A DNA stretch of 64,000 nt, taken from contig QPGO01000082.1 of NCBI GenBank assembly GCA_008632985.1, positions 186,001-250,000 on the forward strand, read 5' to 3'. Below, piece after piece: positions 61,095 to 64,000 of the stretch. Numbering within the stretch: position 1 is the first letter of the stretch; the number at the start of each line of letters is the position of its first letter. The notes under the pieces are model-generated. The model was not told where the DNA came from. It saw nothing but the letters and a program-made list of their open reading frames with translations, and searched no databases. The position numbers were made by a program, and so were the translations under genes. Origin of the DNA: Psammoneis japonica. Lineage: Eukaryota.

Positions 61095-63427
61095 TCACTT
61101 TCGAGAAGCCGCTAAGGCAGCTCCCAACGGGGTCAAAGTCATTTGCCCGACAAAGCCAGTATTCTCTGTGATCTCGTGAAAGTATGGAGTTGAGCGCATT
61201 GTAGCGTCGTGAGGATCGCTTTGATATGGTTGAGGTCGGAGACAGTATGGGACGGGTAGGTGGATCATAGTTGCGCCTTCAGTTGGCTGCCTACCACACA
61301 TGCACTGCGTTGGATTCCAACAGTACAGTCGATCGTTACGATGACCCTGCAGACGGCTGACAAACATGACACCAAGTTCAAAATTGGAATACGTGATTTC
61401 GTCGCTTTCAAAACCTCGGGAAACATCTGCCATGCCTTGTGCGCCCCGTGACAAACATGCGCTCGTCAACATTACCCATGAGAATAGTTCCTCTGCCTTT
61501 TTAACCTTGTATTTCTTTCTTAAGATGTACTCATTACCTCCAAATAGTCGGCCAAATGTCTTGATGTGAGGCGGGAGAAGTACTGGCATCTGTTGAGGAA
61601 AACTGGGTTCAAACATTGACATGCGAGAAATGCAAGGAAGATCAATGCTATTGAAGGAGCGGGAGGAAAGGAAGATAAAGCTTGGGTTCTCGTTGGAGCC
61701 ACTTGAATTCTGCCCATTAATGATTCCAGCGACCGAGTCGGGCGACTTTCGCTGTGCATCGCCACGGAAATCTGGGACGAAACTTTGCATAAACTCTCCA
61801 GTAGGCCACAGGATATCTGTTCGCTCTAGCATATCGTCGTCGCTCTGGCGTTTTCGTGCCGATTGTTGTTGAAGGTCATCATTGCCACCGTAGGCCCGGA
61901 CTAGCTCGGCAAAGTTGGAACGCGTCCAGTTCCCTCCAAAAGATGTTGTTTGCATAATCAGCCTGTCCTCCTGGTCAGACAATATATGCGTTGGTAGCCA
62001 CGGTTGCTTCTTCTTGTCGCTCTTGCCCTTCCACTTATACTCCGGCCCGGATCGGTGGAGAATATCAGCGACACGCTGCGGTCCATAGAGAAACGACCTT
62101 GAGCTGCCACTCGTTTTTCCTAAGTGTGTAGAGCTATGCCGACCAGGGTATTCACCAGGCACAGTAGCAATTAGGTGAGCCTGAGCATCTTCAAACTTGT
62201 ACCGGCTTCTCAAATCATCAATGCTAGCCATACCAAGATGCTTTTTCAGAAAAGCTTCAGGAATCATCTGGCCTTCTCGTGCCGCGTTCGACTGGAACTG
62301 AAGAAAATTGGCCAGGACATGGCCAAAGTCTGATCCATTCTGTCGCATCTCGCTTGTAACCTTGGGTGGCGACTGCGCTGGTCCAAAACGTTGTACCCAG
62401 GATCCATCCGTTGACCGTGGTTTTGTCAAGTTGCCGGTTGAAACGACAACGACAACTGATCCGCCCTTCTCAAACAAAATCATATACTTGGGATGGTGAA
62501 CTCCAAGCTTGCGTTTTCTACGATTCACAATGGATGGATCTACGCTTGTGCAGTCTGCAGCCTCGGTACCTCTACTTGACGGTTTGGCAGGACTTTGCAT
62601 AGAAGGAGCAGAGCTTAACGCGTCGCTCTTGATTGGAGGTAGCCACGTCGTCAAGATCTCGGTAAAATATACGCAAGCATTGAAAGCCGACATGCTCCGT
62701 CCCCTTGTTTTGTATGTACTCGTGTTCAACCACCCCTCCTCGGGTGGAGGCTCCTCGATCTCTTGTTTAACAACTGCGTTTCCACTGACGCTCGAAAGAC
62801 TCAAAACAGCCTCTGCTTTAGCATTTCCGGATTTGACCTGCTCAGAAGTACCGGAGAATAGTTCGGTCGATGTCTGCTCCTCGTCGCTGTAGTCGTCTAC
62901 AAAAACAGCGTCTCCCTCTCTCTTCTTCATTGCTTGAGATTCTGATATGACTGCGTCGGGTATGCCTCAGAAATCGGAGCTTCCATGACATCAGAACTAC
63001 CATACTGAACCGGCAAAGCAGCTTGCGCCTCTTCAGTTCTCATAACAAGACCCTTGGTCCCATGCAAAACAAGAGTCGGTACAGAGCCTTCCGCAAAGAG
63101 GGACGGGAATTCTTGAACCATCCAATCAGGCTCCAGCGTGTAGGTCGCAACAATGGCCGCTTCGAGTTGAAGTGATGCCACCAACCGACCGCGGTCCAAC
63201 AAGGGCGGAGGAGTGCGTGCACCACATGTACACTCCGCCATATAGCCAGGCGATTCCGTCATCTCCGCAGGGCGATGGAGGTAAAAGCGATCACTCGAGT
63301 AGTCAATGCCGTCCACGGTAATTTTCGGCACGGGGTCTCTGCAACAGGCAGAAGAGTCGTCGCTATCGCTTTCGTCGCCGCGGCCAATGCCACGACGCTC
63401 CCACGGACGTGAAGCACGTTTTGGCAT
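61095..63427 (-). CDS. Tyrosyl-DNA phosphodiesterase 1-like protein; frame change (short intron or indel) near 62930-63000
   Basis: Two HxK motifs (GVHHPKY...STGNL; PHIKT...TSACLSRGAQG), NFELGV, LPVPY; the upstream ORF supplies the N-terminal IVATY..W...VLHG segment. Confidence 0.8.
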
Positions 63428-64000
63428 GATTCTCGATAATGTTACTACCGCTTAAGTTGGAAGGAAGTTAAAGTATAATGCCAAGACTCTGAGCTGCGCT
63501 GATGATGATGCTTCGAATGTTGTCTGTGTCTCGATCGAGAAAAAATGCGCGACAGTGGGTGACCGCGGAGAAACAAGATGGCGCGCGCTTGAGCTCGATA
63601 CTGCGATATCAATGAACAATATTCATGAGGAAGTACCAAACCTACAAAATCATTCCAAATTTATCTATTAAGTTTGCTCTCCAACACGAACTTGATCGGA
63701 ACTCCCGCAGCTCTGCCCATCTGTTACCAAGTGTCGCCACACTTATTGTGCCTAGAGAGCTCTATTCGCAGAAAGCAAGAATTTGGGAGTGCTCGCATCC
63801 GATCCCCTGCGCTGCTCCGCAGATCCGATGCCAATAGTCAAGCGCTTTCACTTTTTCCATTATTGCTATCTCTGTACGACGACGCCAATCTTTGCACATC
63901 AAGTAAAACAAAGAGAGAAGCGGGTAACGTCACTGCCGCTGCCGTTGTGACATCCAGATGAGAGGGTAAATCGACCACGAGAGACCCGTACTTTACCAAG

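Noticed and set aside
24662..63427. Rad6/UBC2 and Tdp1-like genes as the machinery of the hypermutation
   Set aside because: Both are common eukaryotic repair genes; proximity in a eukaryotic genome is not evidence of involvement.
63600..64000. Possible last exon of a minus-strand gene entering from the right edge
   Set aside because: Too short and without a recognisable motif.

Overview
Eukaryotic nuclear DNA that looks like a diatom or related stramenopile: short GT-AG introns, bipartite plastid-targeting N-termini and diatom-type Copia relics. About 22 ordinary protein genes are present: CRT-like transporter, DnaJ, double-bZIP factor, TMX-type thioredoxin, Rossmann-fold protein, DNL zinc finger, RelA/SpoT, L7Ae-family protein, Rad6/UBC2, kelch-like propeller, RING E3, RPT3, PfkB-xylose-isomerase-like fusion, MsrB-like, PX, ARM-like and Tdp1-like, plus a tRNA-Glu(CTC). 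These genes are interleaved with four sharply bounded islands (about 3.8-7.9, 13.8-15.9, 25.8-31.5 and 34.2-48.1 kb; roughly 40% of the window). The islands consist of dead transposons and duplications from which the dinucleotide TpA has been almost completely erased and replaced by TpG/CpA. Four lines of evidence indicate a directional TpA->TpG/CpA (A:T->G:C) hypermutation aimed at repeats: (1) conserved Tyr codons in retroelement RT, RNase H and gag motifs now read Cys or His; (2) a Copia stop codon apparently reads CAA; (3) duplicated copies differ at TA/TG/CA sites; (4) a young TIR element with a 9-bp TSD (50040-51165) shows the process half finished with its CpGs intact. This is the mirror image of fungal RIP, is separable from CpG decay, and is the main candidate for an undescribed genome-defence system. 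All alignments and counts were made by eye and family assignments come from recalled motifs; no database searches were run.
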